From Bacteroidota bacterium (GTDB lineage Bacteria > Bacteroidota > Ignavibacteria > UBA10030 > JAHEZR01), in the NCBI GenBank assembly GCA_049589195.1, contig JBAWAH010000021.1, positions 30,649 through 94,648 on the forward strand: DNA of 64,000 bases, in the 5' to 3' direction. The stretch's first letter is position 1, and each line of letters opens with the position of its first letter. Both the position numbers and the translations under genes were made by a program. The notes under the pieces are model-generated. The model was not told the DNA's origin and ran no database searches. It was given only the letters and a program-made list of their open reading frames with translations. Shown here piece after piece: positions 38,607 to 48,821 of this stretch.

Positions 38607-41435
38607 GTGAGGGTAATGCGGCGGTGGATCCTTCCATATTTCTTCCTCTTTTTTTTCTTCATTGACATTGCCTCTGCGCAGTTCTACTACTTCGGTCAGA
38701 ACAAGGTCCAGTACACGGACTTTGACTGGCACGTTCTGAAGACTGAGCACTTCGATATCTACTACTACCCTGAGATGAAAGATCTCGCGGAGCGCGGTGC
38801 ATCATTCGCCGAAGCGAGCTACCGGCTGCTCCAGGACAAGTTCAACATCAACGTGGCGAATCGCATCCCGCTCATTTTCTACAGCTCCCATCTCCACTTC
38901 GAACAAACGAACGTCACTCCGGGGTTCATTCCCGAAGGAGTGGGTGGGTTCTTTGAGTTCTTAAAAGGCCGTGTTGTGATCCCATGCGATGGCTCAATCA
39001 GTCAGTTCAAGCATGTCATCCGGCACGAGCTTGTGCATGTGTTCATGCAGACAAAGGTCAACCGTGTTCTTTTGGATCACAGAATCTCGCAAGATCGCGT
39101 CCCGCCGCTGTGGTTCACAGAAGGCCTAGCAGAGTATTGGTCCACAGAGTGGGACGCGCAGGCTGAGATGCTTCTTCGGGATGCGGTCTTGAGTGAGTAT
39201 CTTGTTCCGATTCTTGACATAGAAAGCATCTACGGAAGTTTCCTCATGTATAAAGAGGGGCAAAGCTTTCTCCAGTTTCTTGCACAGACGTATGGAGAGG
39301 ACAAGATCCTTCTCATCATGGAAAACTTCTGGAAGACGGGCTCATTCCGCGATGTGATGAAGATGACATTCGGAAAGGAGTATCGGGAGCTAGATCAGGA
39401 ATGGATCTATTCACTGAAAAAGAAATACTACCCTCTTCTTAGCAACTTCGACCAGCCGAGCGTCGTCTCGCAGCCAGTGGTTATTGAGGGATTCAATTCG
39501 AAACCGGTGTTCTACCGGCGTGACGGAAAAGCCGAGGTGTTTTTCATAGGGAATTACACGGGCTACACGAGCATCTACCGGAAGGAACTCGAAAATCGCG
39601 AGGCGAGGCCCGTAACAGTGATCGAAGGAGAGAAGTCGGATGAATTCGAAGCCTTCCACATTTTCCAAAGCAAGATCGACATTTCAAAGGATGGCATGTT
39701 GGCGTTCGTGACGAAAAGTGGTGAGAACGACGCACTTCATCTCTACAACGTCAACGACGGTAAAATCGTGGAGACCCTTCATCCCCCAGGAATCGTTTCT
39801 ATTGGGTCTCCCTCGTGGTCGCCAGATGGAAAACAGCTCGCCTTTTCAGCGATCGATATGTCAGGATACAATGATCTGTATATCTTCAGCCCGGAGACAA
39901 AATCGCTTCAGAGGCTCACGAACGACTACTACGATGACCGCGACCCCTCATGGTCCCCGACCGGTGATAAAATAGCCTTCAGTTCGGATAGGACGAGTTT
40001 TGGCGCGAAAGGGAAGTACAACCTCTTCCTTTACGATGTGAAATCCAAGAAGGTCGACTATTTGACGGCTGGTGACGAGGACTACCACTCGCCGAGTTGG
40101 TCACCCGACGGACGCTGGATTGCTTTTACTTCTGATCTCGATGGAGCTCAAAACATCTGGCTGATTGACTTCAGCGACACGTCGGCGGCCTTCAAAGTGA
40201 CCAAACCATTCGAGATGCGCAAGCTCACGAACTTCACGACCGCTGCTTTTGATCCTCGCTGGACTGACAAGGGCGGGTTGGTCTTTACTGCGTTCGAAAA
40301 GTTCAGTTTCCAGATTCGGATGATTGACTCAGTGCAGGCACGTTTTGACCGATCGCTCGTGGTTCACCGGATCGATAGTCTTCCACGAGAGAGCCAGTGG
40401 TCCACCGGGAAGATCGAGGGCATTTCGGAAGTGAACGAGCTGAAGTATGTCCGTGATTACACGCTCGACATCGCCCAGAGTCAAGTAGCAACTGATCCGG
40501 TGTTCGGCACCTATGGCGGAGCCGAGTTGGCTCTGAGCGATCTCCTCGGGAACGATCAGTACTACTTCCTCATTTACAACACTGCGCAGTCGAAAGATGA
40601 GATTCTTCAAAGCTTCAACATTGCGATCTCGAGGATTTCACTCGGCCAGCGGTTGAACTATGCGTACGGGATCTTTCACTTCTCGGGCAGGCGGTACGAT
40701 TTGACGGATCCTGATTTATTCTTCACCGAGCGTGTGTTCGGTGGATATTTCGCGTTGAGTTATCCTTTCTCTAAGTTTTACCGAATTGAAGCTACCACCA
40801 GTCTGAGCCACTCTGACAAGGAAGTGGTTACCTCTCGAAAGGCACTTCTCTTTTCCAACTCTCTCTCCTTCGTCCATGATAATTCGCTCTGGGCGTCAAG
40901 CGGACCGATCGATGGGGATCGGTTCATCCTCACACTTGCGTATACGACCGATGTGCAGTACTCGAATGTCGATTACTACACCGTGATTGCTGATTATCGG
41001 AGATACTTCCGGCTGAGCCAACGGAGTGCTCTTGCAGTGCGCGGCCAGGTCTTCTATAACGAAGGGCAGGAGGCTCGTCGGTTCTTCATGGGAGGGAGCT
41101 GGGATCTCCGCGGGTACCCGAGATGGTCACTTCGTGGAAAGAAACTCTGGCTTACGAGTGCTGAGCTGCGGTTTCCTTTCATAGACCAATTGGGTGTCAA
41201 ATTCCCCTTCGGGGGGGTCGGTCTTGGCTCCCTCAGAGGCGCGCTCTTCTTCGATGCAGGGAGCGTGTGGGACGACGTCTACACGGAGACGCTCGGCAGC
41301 ATCGGATTCGGGCTGCGATGGAATCTCGGAGATGTCCTCGTCCTCCGGTATGATCTCGGCAAACGGATCGAGGACAACTTCAGCCACTTGCAGAAGGGGT
41401 TATTCACACAATTCTTCTTCGGATGGGATTTCTGA
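38607..41435 (+). CDS. Outer-membrane protein: N-terminal HEXXH zincin-like domain, TolB-type (PD40/WD40-like) beta-propeller repeats and a C-terminal beta-barrel
   Basis: Signal peptide; HELVH motif; repeated SPSWSPDG / PD40 units; C-terminal alternating hydrophobic strands ending in ...GWDF (barrel signature). Confidence 0.6.
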   Translation: MRVMRRWILPYFFLFFFFIDIASAQFYYFGQNKVQYTDFDWHVLKTEHFDIYYYPEMKDLAERGASFAEASYRLLQDKFNINVANRIPLIFYSSHLHFEQTNVTPGFIPEGVGGFFEFLKGRVVIPCDGSISQFKHVIRHELVHVFMQTKVNRVLLDHRISQDRVPPLWFTEGLAEYWSTEWDAQAEMLLRDAVLSEYLVPILDIESIYGSFLMYKEGQSFLQFLAQTYGEDKILLIMENFWKTGSFRDVMKMTFGKEYRELDQEWIYSLKKKYYPLLSNFDQPSVVSQPVVIEGFNSKPVFYRRDGKAEVFFIGNYTGYTSIYRKELENREARPVTVIEGEKSDEFEAFHIFQSKIDISKDGMLAFVTKSGENDALHLYNVNDGKIVETLHPPGIVSIGSPSWSPDGKQLAFSAIDMSGYNDLYIFSPETKSLQRLTNDYYDDRDPSWSPTGDKIAFSSDRTSFGAKGKYNLFLYDVKSKKVDYLTAGDEDYHSPSWSPDGRWIAFTSDLDGAQNIWLIDFSDTSAAFKVTKPFEMRKLTNFTTAAFDPRWTDKGGLVFTAFEKFSFQIRMIDSVQARFDRSLVVHRIDSLPRESQWSTGKIEGISEVNELKYVRDYTLDIAQSQVATDPVFGTYGGAELALSDLLGNDQYYFLIYNTAQSKDEILQSFNIAISRISLGQRLNYAYGIFHFSGRRYDLTDPDLFFTERVFGGYFALSYPFSKFYRIEATTSLSHSDKEVVTSRKALLFSNSLSFVHDNSLWASSGPIDGDRFILTLAYTTDVQYSNVDYYTVIADYRRYFRLSQRSALAVRGQVFYNEGQEARRFFMGGSWDLRGYPRWSLRGKKLWLTSAELRFPFIDQLGVKFPFGGVGLGSLRGALFFDAGSVWDDVYTETLGSIGFGLRWNLGDVLVLRYDLGKRIEDNFSHLQKGLFTQFFFGWDF

Positions 41436-41439
41436 TTAC

Positions 41440-42582
41440 GTGAGATCAAATCAGATCGTTCATCCCCTTCTTCTTCTTTCCTTCCTAATTGCGGGCTGCG
41501 GCACACTTCAATTGCAGCGTCCGATAGGAGTCCACGAGGACGATTGGACCGAGTTCGGAGGCAACGCAGGGCATACGAACCAAAGCTCTGTTGTTCTTTC
41601 ACCTCCACTTGAGGTCGCTTGGGAATACGATGCCTCAGCTGGATTTGGCTCGGGCTCACCTGTCGCGGCTGATAGCTTTGTTTTCATCGGCACACTCTCT
41701 GGCGAGATCCATGTTGTGAACGTTGAGACGGGTCATCGTGCAGGAGTTCTCACTGTCGAGTCGGCGGTTACAGGTGCGCTGCTCATCGACGGCATCGGGT
41801 TGATTGCAGGGTCCGCAAGCGGCGAGCGCACTCTCGTTTCTTACGACTACCGCGACGGCGTTGTTCGCTGGGCGAGAGAGCTCGGCGGCATCGAATCCTC
41901 GCCGCTCCGGTTTGGTTATCGTCTGTTTGTGACAACGTTGGATGGTGTCGTGTACTGTCTCGACAAGGCGAGTGGGACTGAGATTTGGCGTTTCGAAACC
42001 AAGAATTCTATTCACTCCTCTCCTGCTACAGACGGGAAAACGATTGTCTTCGGGTGTGACGATGGAAATCTGTACGCCGTCGACCTTGAGAGCGGGAAGG
42101 GTTTGTGGAAATTCAAAACGGGCAGGAGCATCTATGCTACCCCTTCGGTGTTTCGCGGGCATGTGTTCTTTGGCTCATTAGACAACACTTTTTATTCTCT
42201 TGATCTCAGAGACGGAAAGCTAGCTTGGAAGTACCTTGCTGGTGGAAAGATCTACGATACGCCCACATTTTCCGAAGATCTTGTGATTGTCGGGGCGACG
42301 GATGGGACACTCTACGCACTGCGAATGCATGATGGGTCTGTCGCATGGAGATTCTCTGCAGCCAGCATCATCAACTCTTCCCCTGTTGTCTCCGGGAGCT
42401 ATGTTTATTTTGGTTCACTTGACAAGAAACTCTACGCACTCGACGCCTTTACCGGCGCACTCAAGTGGGAATACGATGTCAAAGGCCGTATCAAGACCTC
42501 GCCTATTATCTGGCGAAAGCATCTCATCGTGGCAGCGGAAGACCGCTCTATTTTTGCTTTTAAACAGGTATCAGCAAAGTAA
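41440..42582 (+). CDS. PQQ-repeat beta-propeller lipoprotein (BamB-like)
   Basis: GTG start giving a lipoprotein signal (LLLLSFLIAGC); multiple PQQ-like repeats (DG.VYA.D...G..LW.F); the upstream part of the track ORF 41194-41439 overlaps the preceding gene and is rejected. Confidence 0.6.
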   Translation: MRSNQIVHPLLLLSFLIAGCGTLQLQRPIGVHEDDWTEFGGNAGHTNQSSVVLSPPLEVAWEYDASAGFGSGSPVAADSFVFIGTLSGEIHVVNVETGHRAGVLTVESAVTGALLIDGIGLIAGSASGERTLVSYDYRDGVVRWARELGGIESSPLRFGYRLFVTTLDGVVYCLDKASGTEIWRFETKNSIHSSPATDGKTIVFGCDDGNLYAVDLESGKGLWKFKTGRSIYATPSVFRGHVFFGSLDNTFYSLDLRDGKLAWKYLAGGKIYDTPTFSEDLVIVGATDGTLYALRMHDGSVAWRFSAASIINSSPVVSGSYVYFGSLDKKLYALDAFTGALKWEYDVKGRIKTSPIIWRKHLIVAAEDRSIFAFKQVSAK

Positions 42583-42629
42583 GTGATCCTCCCTGGGCCA
42601 TCTCCCCATGCCGATCACGAAGTATTTCC

Positions 42630-42658
42630 TTGACTTTCACACAAGCCCTGTTTATATT
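42630..42658 (+). promoter_or_regulatory. Sigma70-like promoter (TTGACT-17 bp-TATATT) about 265 nt upstream of the PHP gene
   Basis: Exact -35/-10 hexamers with 17-bp spacing seen directly; only relevant if this organism uses sigma70-type promoters. Confidence 0.3.
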
Positions 42659-42923
42659 TTGCCACGCATTGGTTGAGGTCTGTTGATGGGCTGCTGACTG
42701 AACGCCGGTTTGGTTCGTGGTCTGCAGGGCTCCATACGAAGTTCCTTCCTGACTGAGGGGAAGAGCGGTTGCAGAACGAGAGGTCCCACGAAATTACCCA
42801 ACTCCCAAGAGTCTAATGTGACAACCGAGACTCACGCCGTGCTGCTAGAATGGGTTGTCGAGTCTCAGAGATGCGAAGTTTTCCAACTTCACAGTCAACA
42901 AAGAATCAGATCACTACTGATCC

Positions 42924-43787
42924 ATGAAAGTCAGTGCGGAGTCCTCGAACTCCAGCGAAAACAATATAGATAAGAGGGCCGATCTTCATACCCATACGAC
43001 ACACTCAGATGGCTTTCTCTCACCTTCCGAATTGATCCAGAAGGCCCGCGAGACGGGTCTTGAGATTCTCGGAATCACAGATCACGACAGCGTGAATGCA
43101 ATTGAGGAGAGCATCGAGATCGGCAAAGGACTTGGCGTCGAAGTTGTTCCCGGCGTCGAGTTGAGTTCGGCGATCGATGAGCGGGAAATCCATATTCTCG
43201 GCTATTTCATCGATTTCGGGGACAAAACCCTCTTGGAGCATCTAGCCTTCTCTCGAGGTGAACGCTTGAAGCGCGCAGAGCGGATCGTGGAGAAGTTGAA
43301 TAACATCAATATTCCTCTTAAGCTCGATGCTGTATTGGAGAAGGCGGGCTCGGCGGCTGTGGGTCGTCCGCATATTGCAAACGCTCTCCTCGATGAAGGG
43401 CTCACCGGGTCATACGTGGAAGCGTTTTCTAAATACATCGGCTATGGCGGGCCGGCATACGAAAAAAAGCATTCTCTCTCACCCGAAGAAACGATCACCC
43501 TCATCGCTTCCGCCGGAGGCCTTTCCTTCCTCGCACACCCTGGGAAATACACCACGGAGATGGTCCTTCAGCGTTTGATCAAAAGCGGACTCGATGGAAT
43601 CGAAGTGGTCCATCCTTCTCACACGCCTGAGAAAGTTCGACACTACCACGACATTGTGAGCCAGTACTTCCTTCTCGAAAGTGGTGGGTCGGATTTTCAC
43701 GGTGGAAAGAGGAACGATGACGGCGCCCTCGGATCCTACAACGTTCCGACTGCCTGGATCCAAGAGATGAAGGAGCGTCTGTTCTAA
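42924..43787 (+). CDS. PHP-domain phosphoesterase (TrpH/YciV family)
   Basis: ADLHTHTTHSDG...GITDHD metal-binding motifs. Confidence 0.75.
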   Translation: MKVSAESSNSSENNIDKRADLHTHTTHSDGFLSPSELIQKARETGLEILGITDHDSVNAIEESIEIGKGLGVEVVPGVELSSAIDEREIHILGYFIDFGDKTLLEHLAFSRGERLKRAERIVEKLNNINIPLKLDAVLEKAGSAAVGRPHIANALLDEGLTGSYVEAFSKYIGYGGPAYEKKHSLSPEETITLIASAGGLSFLAHPGKYTTEMVLQRLIKSGLDGIEVVHPSHTPEKVRHYHDIVSQYFLLESGGSDFHGGKRNDDGALGSYNVPTAWIQEMKERLF

Positions 43788-43861
43788 CTTAGGGATTCTC
43801 CTACTGCAAACCAGATGGAGTTATTGGCGTGCGGTTGTCTCAGCGTCGAAGTTCGACGAAG

Positions 43862-44347
43862 TTGAAAACAGTGAAAGGGGGGATCTCCACAAAAGGACTG
43901 AAGTTTGGAATCATCGTCAGTCAGTTCAACGAGAACGTGACTGAGAGACTTCACAACGGAGCTCTCGAGTGTCTGAAAGCTCATGGAGTCACTGAAAGCC
44001 ATGTTGAGAGCTTCTCTTGCCCCGGATCCTTCGAGCTTCCTCAAGTTGCTAACCATCTTGCTCAGAGTGGGAAATACGATGCACTCATCTGCCTTGGCTG
44101 TGTCATTCGTGGTGAGACCCCACACTTTGAATACATCGCGGCCGAGGCGGCACGAGGCGTTGGACGGGTTGCCTACGCAACTGGGGTGCCAATTGCGTTC
44201 GGCGTCCTGACAACGGACACCCCGAAACAGGCGCTCGATCGCGCTGGTGGAAGGGTTGGGAACAAAGGCTGGGATGCCGCACTCAGTGCAATCGAGATGG
44301 CGAACTTGGTGGCGGGAATCAGGCGACGACTGAGAAGGAGAACCTGA
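43862..44347 (+). CDS. ribH: 6,7-dimethyl-8-ribityllumazine synthase
   Basis: GLKFGIIVSQFNE...CLGCVIRGETPHFEY signature; start assigned to the in-frame TTG (the track ORF begins at GTG 43829). Confidence 0.8.
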   Translation: MKTVKGGISTKGLKFGIIVSQFNENVTERLHNGALECLKAHGVTESHVESFSCPGSFELPQVANHLAQSGKYDALICLGCVIRGETPHFEYIAAEAARGVGRVAYATGVPIAFGVLTTDTPKQALDRAGGRVGNKGWDAALSAIEMANLVAGIRRRLRRRT

Positions 44348-44400
44348 CGACACATTGGTGAATGTTTTTTTCTCTCCAGCTTGTGGAAAGTAACTAGCCC

Positions 44401-46065
44401 GTGGCCTTCAAGACAGAACGTCAACTCAGCCGCGCGGACATTTTCAATGTGACGATTCTGGTTGCATTGACGGTGATTCTTTTCATCCCTTCACTGGGTA
44501 TCCGGTTCTTGAATGATGATGTGAGCGTGATTGGTTTCAGTGTTGGTGGTGATCGTGCGGATTACGGGAAATTGCTATCGAGCGAAGAAGTGTTAGGGGG
44601 GTATTACAGACCGCTCTCCAACTTGATGAACATGGTCGATTTTTCGCTGTGGGGATGGAATCCTTTTGGTTTTCACCTTACGAATCTTGTGCTTCATGCA
44701 TTCAATGTTGTTCTTGTCTACTGTCTGGTGCGCATGTTGACTGAGGGTCACTTTGCTGCGTTTGTTGCCACCCTGCTGTTTGCTGTTCACCCTATCCATG
44801 AACTCTCAGTCCTGTGGATCCCCGGCAGAGGCGATCTCCTTTGTGGCCTGTTTTACGTGCTCGCTGTGATCTTGTGGATTCGGTGGAGGTCGCACCCCAG
44901 ACCCGCATTCCTATTCTTGTCGCTCATTGCGTTCTTTATTGCGCTTCTTTCGAAGGAGATGGCTGTTTCTCTTCCCCTTCTTCTTTCTGTGATAGAATTT
45001 CGATTCCAGTGGGAGGAGTGCAGCCATCAGCGTGGGCAGATGCTCCTTGAGTCACTGCGGCGATCCTGGCCATACTTCATTGTAGTGCTGCTCTACGGTC
45101 TGGGAAGGTACGTTTTCCTCAATGATGATATCCTGCATTCGACACAAATAGGTTACTCCAATACCAGTCTGCTTCATTTTGCAGAGAACATTGCCGCCTT
45201 TGCAGGTTTTCTCCTTATACCGTTTGGACATTTCGCGATTGAAGGATTTCTGAGTGCCCATCAGGCGATCTTTCTCTCGGCATTGGCGGGCGCGAGTATC
45301 CTCGGCTGTTGGATCCTCTGGAAAGGGATCGCTGCCTCCACCTCATTCGCCATCACAGCTTTGTGGATAGTGGTGACTCTCCTTCCAGTATTGCAGCTGA
45401 GTATGCGGTGGTACATGTACTTGCCTTCTGTGGGGTTTTGCATCGGGGTTGGCTTCCTGCTCACTCGGATTTTCCAGAGGGCCGGGGGGCTCGCGGTTGC
45501 TTTGACACTAGTGCTGATAACAGCATATTCGGTTCCACTCTACTCGCAGGAGCGGACTTGGCTCGAGACTAGCACCTTGGCAGAGAGATTGTTGAGGGAT
45601 GTCCATGCACAGGCGCCCTCTTTGTCGGATAACGATGCGATCTTTGTACTTGCTCTCCCCGCGAAACTAGGAGGGACACCTATCTTGAATCTTGGCTTCC
45701 CAGGTGCTGTCCACCATTTGTATAAGAACGACACCGTGCTCGTCACGATCGCATCCAAGGTTGTGATGACGGATCTGGATGTGGAAATAACAGTTACCCA
45801 AACAGATACTGGCGAATGGGAACTTGCTACTCCAGAAGCCGCTTACTTTGTGTTCTCCGGTCTGAATAGCCTTGGTCAAGAGTACTCGCCGGCCCGAGGA
45901 GACTCGCTTCTCACAGAAGACTGGGAGGTTCGCATCGAGGGGCTGAACCCTCAGAGCAAGGTGAACTGCATCAGTGTTCGGTTGCTTAACCGCGAAATCA
46001 GAAAACACAGCTATTTTTTTGTCTACGCAAACCATCACTTTCATCTGGTTGAGGTCAAGTCTTGA
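44401..46065 (+). CDS. Polytopic membrane protein, GT39/PMT_2-like (DUF1736-type) glycosyltransferase
   Basis: YRPLSNL....LWGWNPFGFHLTNLVLH motif characteristic of PMT/TMTC-like mannosyltransferase membrane domains; at least 10 TM segments. Confidence 0.55.
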   Translation: MAFKTERQLSRADIFNVTILVALTVILFIPSLGIRFLNDDVSVIGFSVGGDRADYGKLLSSEEVLGGYYRPLSNLMNMVDFSLWGWNPFGFHLTNLVLHAFNVVLVYCLVRMLTEGHFAAFVATLLFAVHPIHELSVLWIPGRGDLLCGLFYVLAVILWIRWRSHPRPAFLFLSLIAFFIALLSKEMAVSLPLLLSVIEFRFQWEECSHQRGQMLLESLRRSWPYFIVVLLYGLGRYVFLNDDILHSTQIGYSNTSLLHFAENIAAFAGFLLIPFGHFAIEGFLSAHQAIFLSALAGASILGCWILWKGIAASTSFAITALWIVVTLLPVLQLSMRWYMYLPSVGFCIGVGFLLTRIFQRAGGLAVALTLVLITAYSVPLYSQERTWLETSTLAERLLRDVHAQAPSLSDNDAIFVLALPAKLGGTPILNLGFPGAVHHLYKNDTVLVTIASKVVMTDLDVEITVTQTDTGEWELATPEAAYFVFSGLNSLGQEYSPARGDSLLTEDWEVRIEGLNPQSKVNCISVRLLNREIRKHSYFFVYANHHFHLVEVKS

Positions 46066-46161
46066 TCGAGGGAGCAGCGCGTCACAAGGTACCTTGCGAG
46101 GCCCAGCCATCATCAGCGGCTGCGGACTGCAGATCATCAATGACGGAATGAGAGAGTCGGT

Positions 46162-48450
46162 GTGAAGCTGAGAATTGTTCTGAATAAGCCTTACCAAATC
46201 GTGCCGAGCGTCATTCTTCTCCTGACGCTTGTTGCAAGTGCATCAGGAGGCGTCGGCGAGTGGAAGAACTACACAGACATGAAAGGTGTCGTCAGCGTTG
46301 CCGGGAATGGAAACGCCCTGTGGGCAGCGACTCATGGTGGCTTGTTCCGCTTCAATCTTGCTGACAGTTCGTTCACGACGTTTACCAATTCAGAGGGCCT
46401 GACCGACAATGACCTCACGGCTGTTCTTGTAGACAACTCGGGCAAGGTTTGGGCGGGAGCTTCAAATGGCGCCATCGATGTCTACGATCCGCAGGCCGAA
46501 ACGTGGCAGCACATCGTGGATGTCCTTCTCTCTGATAAGACTCTGAAAGGAATAACAGGATTTTATCAGATCGGAGATTCCATCTTTGTCAGCTCGGAGT
46601 TCGGTGTGAGTCTATTTCTCGTGAGTCGGTTTGAATTCAAAGAGACCTATGCAAAGTTCGGCTCGTTTCCCTCCTCCATACGGACAAATGGTTTTGTCAG
46701 TGCGAACGGAAGATTTTGGGTGGCAACTGCCTCAGGTTTAGCATCTGCAGACAGGAACAGTCCAAACCTCTCAGCACCATCCGCCTGGACAACCTACACA
46801 ACTGCAAACGGGCTGCCTTCAAATGGTGTCAATGCGGTGGCGTTTTTCAACGGGACAATTTATGCGGGCACCGACGCCGGCTTGTCGAGATTCAAGAATC
46901 CCGGCTGGGAAGGTGTGGCTCCACTTGCTTCCACACAGATAACGCACCTGGTACGAATCTCGGATAGACTTTACATCGCTGCTGGAAACGGACTGTACTC
47001 CTTGGGGCCGGATGGGGTAACGACGAAGATTGGAGAAACACTACCAGCCGCCATAAACGCTCTCTTGGGGGACCAATCGGGGAATGTTGCACTTGGTGTT
47101 GAGGAGTATGGACTCGCGCTGCTCAAAGGTTCTGTTTGGTCGTTCGAGTCTCCCAACGGACCAGCGTCGAACTCTTTTGTGGGTCTAAAGGTGGATTCGA
47201 GCGGTGTTCTGTTTGCGGCATCTGGAGCAAACAATGGCGACGGGTTCTACAGATTTGACGCTTCCGCACCGCTTGGGAAGCAGTGGACAAATCATAACCT
47301 AAGCACGAATCCCGAGTTGGGAACGAACGATTACTATCTAGTTTCATTAGGCCAGGACAACTCCAAGTGGATCAGCTCGTGGGGGAGAGGCGTGGCTCGG
47401 GTCGATAGGAGGGGGAGGGTCAGCGTCTTCAACAAGGCGACAGCGGGCATCACGGGGATCCCGGAGGACACGAATTTTGTCGTGATCGGGGATGTCGCGC
47501 CGGATCTGCGTGGGAACACATGGATGACAGTGAGGAGTGCAGCCAATCGAAACGTGATCGCCGTCTTGAGGTCCGACTCGAGCTGGTTTTTTATGCAGAA
47601 TGGATTGAACGGGAGCGCGACCCTTCTCACCTCGATGGCGATTGATCTCTTCGATACGAAATGGATTGTCTCCGGGGATCCCAGCGTACCTGGCCCTCAG
47701 CCAGGTCTCCTTTATCTGATCGATGGCGGAACGCTCACAAATACCAACGACGATGTTTGGGGTATCGTCACCACTGACGATGGCTTGACCAGCAATACAA
47801 TCACACGACTCGTTGTCGATCGAGATGGTGAGGTTTGGGTGGGGACGAACACCGGGTTGAACGTCATTGTAAACCCGAGGAGTCCAAAGGCACAAAATGC
47901 CATCAGACGCGTGTTCATTGCGTATCAAGAGTACATCAATGACATGGCAATGGATCCCATAGGGAACAAATGGGTTGGAACAAAAGACGGCGTCTTTGTG
48001 CTCTCATCAGACGGTACGGCACTTCTTGCTCAGTATACTGTGGAGAACACCGGGGGCAAGCTGATTGACAACGATGTGCGTGCTGTTGCCTTCGACGAAC
48101 CGCGCGGGATTGCATATTTCGGGACAGGGAAGGGGCTCTCGAGTTTGACGACGACAGCAGTGGCCCCGGTGGAGAATTTCGGTGACCTTTCGATATCTCC
48201 GAATCCGTTTTATCTCCCGAGCACGAAAGATCTTCAGATTGACGGCTTGGTGCGGGATGCAAACATAAAGATTCTCACGGTCGATGGCAGGCTAGTCCGC
48301 GAGTTTTCTTCGCCGGGGGGCAGAATTGCCTTTTGGGATGGACACGACAGCGCAGGGCGTCTTGTCCCAAGCGGCGTGTACCTCATCATCGCATCCTCTG
48401 CCGAGGGTGAGCAGTTGACGAAAGCGAAAGTTGCGGTGTTAAGGAAGTGA
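46162..48450 (+). CDS. Secreted two-component-regulator-propeller (Reg_prop) repeat protein with T9SS C-terminal sorting domain
   Basis: Signal peptide; repeated (T/S)..GL..N.V..(I/V)..D..G..W.GT motifs; C-terminal domain LSISPNPF...GVYLIIA...KVAVLRK fits the T9SS CTD. Confidence 0.7.
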   Translation: MKLRIVLNKPYQIVPSVILLLTLVASASGGVGEWKNYTDMKGVVSVAGNGNALWAATHGGLFRFNLADSSFTTFTNSEGLTDNDLTAVLVDNSGKVWAGASNGAIDVYDPQAETWQHIVDVLLSDKTLKGITGFYQIGDSIFVSSEFGVSLFLVSRFEFKETYAKFGSFPSSIRTNGFVSANGRFWVATASGLASADRNSPNLSAPSAWTTYTTANGLPSNGVNAVAFFNGTIYAGTDAGLSRFKNPGWEGVAPLASTQITHLVRISDRLYIAAGNGLYSLGPDGVTTKIGETLPAAINALLGDQSGNVALGVEEYGLALLKGSVWSFESPNGPASNSFVGLKVDSSGVLFAASGANNGDGFYRFDASAPLGKQWTNHNLSTNPELGTNDYYLVSLGQDNSKWISSWGRGVARVDRRGRVSVFNKATAGITGIPEDTNFVVIGDVAPDLRGNTWMTVRSAANRNVIAVLRSDSSWFFMQNGLNGSATLLTSMAIDLFDTKWIVSGDPSVPGPQPGLLYLIDGGTLTNTNDDVWGIVTTDDGLTSNTITRLVVDRDGEVWVGTNTGLNVIVNPRSPKAQNAIRRVFIAYQEYINDMAMDPIGNKWVGTKDGVFVLSSDGTALLAQYTVENTGGKLIDNDVRAVAFDEPRGIAYFGTGKGLSSLTTTAVAPVENFGDLSISPNPFYLPSTKDLQIDGLVRDANIKILTVDGRLVREFSSPGGRIAFWDGHDSAGRLVPSGVYLIIASSAEGEQLTKAKVAVLRK

Positions 48451-48548
48451 AGGACTCTCACACACGAGCAGCGTAGTATCGTTCTATCAGTCTCACACTC
48501 TTATTCATTTCTCAGAAGAACGGAAGCGTTCTGAAGGAGGACCTACCC

Positions 48549-48821
48549 TTGGAAAACAGCTACAAAGAGGAGATCTTTACGCGCAGGGTTCGTGCTGGGA
48601 AGCGCACTTACTTCTTCGATGTAAAGGCGACGAAGTCGGAGAAGGATTTTTACATTACAATTACTGAGAGTAAGCGCATCGGCGAGGAGGAGTACGAGAA
48701 GCACAAGCTCTTCCTTTACAAAGAGGACTTCGAGAAGTTCATCAATGCCCTCTCAGAAACTGTCGGTTACGTCCAGAGCGAACTCCTCGAGAAGATTGGA
48801 CAGCCTGAAGTGAGCAAGTAG
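48549..48821 (+). CDS. PUR-alpha-like DUF3276 family small protein
   Basis: RAGKRTYFFDVK...KDFYITITESKR...KHKLFLYKEDFEKF matches the DUF3276 pattern common in Bacteroidetes; GGAGGA RBS 7 nt upstream of the TTG start. Confidence 0.6.
   Translation: MENSYKEEIFTRRVRAGKRTYFFDVKATKSEKDFYITITESKRIGEEEYEKHKLFLYKEDFEKFINALSETVGYVQSELLEKIGQPEVSK

Noticed and set aside
41194-41439. N-terminal 82-codon extension of the BamB-like ORF given in the track
   Set aside because: It overlaps the 3' end of the preceding OMP gene and is Ser/Gly-rich nonsense. A GTG at 41440 yields a canonical lipoprotein signal peptide, so the gene is placed at 41440-42582.
42660-42923. SRP RNA (4.5S) or other housekeeping ncRNA in the long leader before the PHP gene
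   Set aside because: I looked for the domain-IV consensus (GGUCCGGAAGGAAGCAGC) and a long terminal hairpin and found only loose resemblance (GGGGAAGAGCGGTTGCAG). It is kept as a low-interest candidate regulatory region rather than annotated as an RNA gene.
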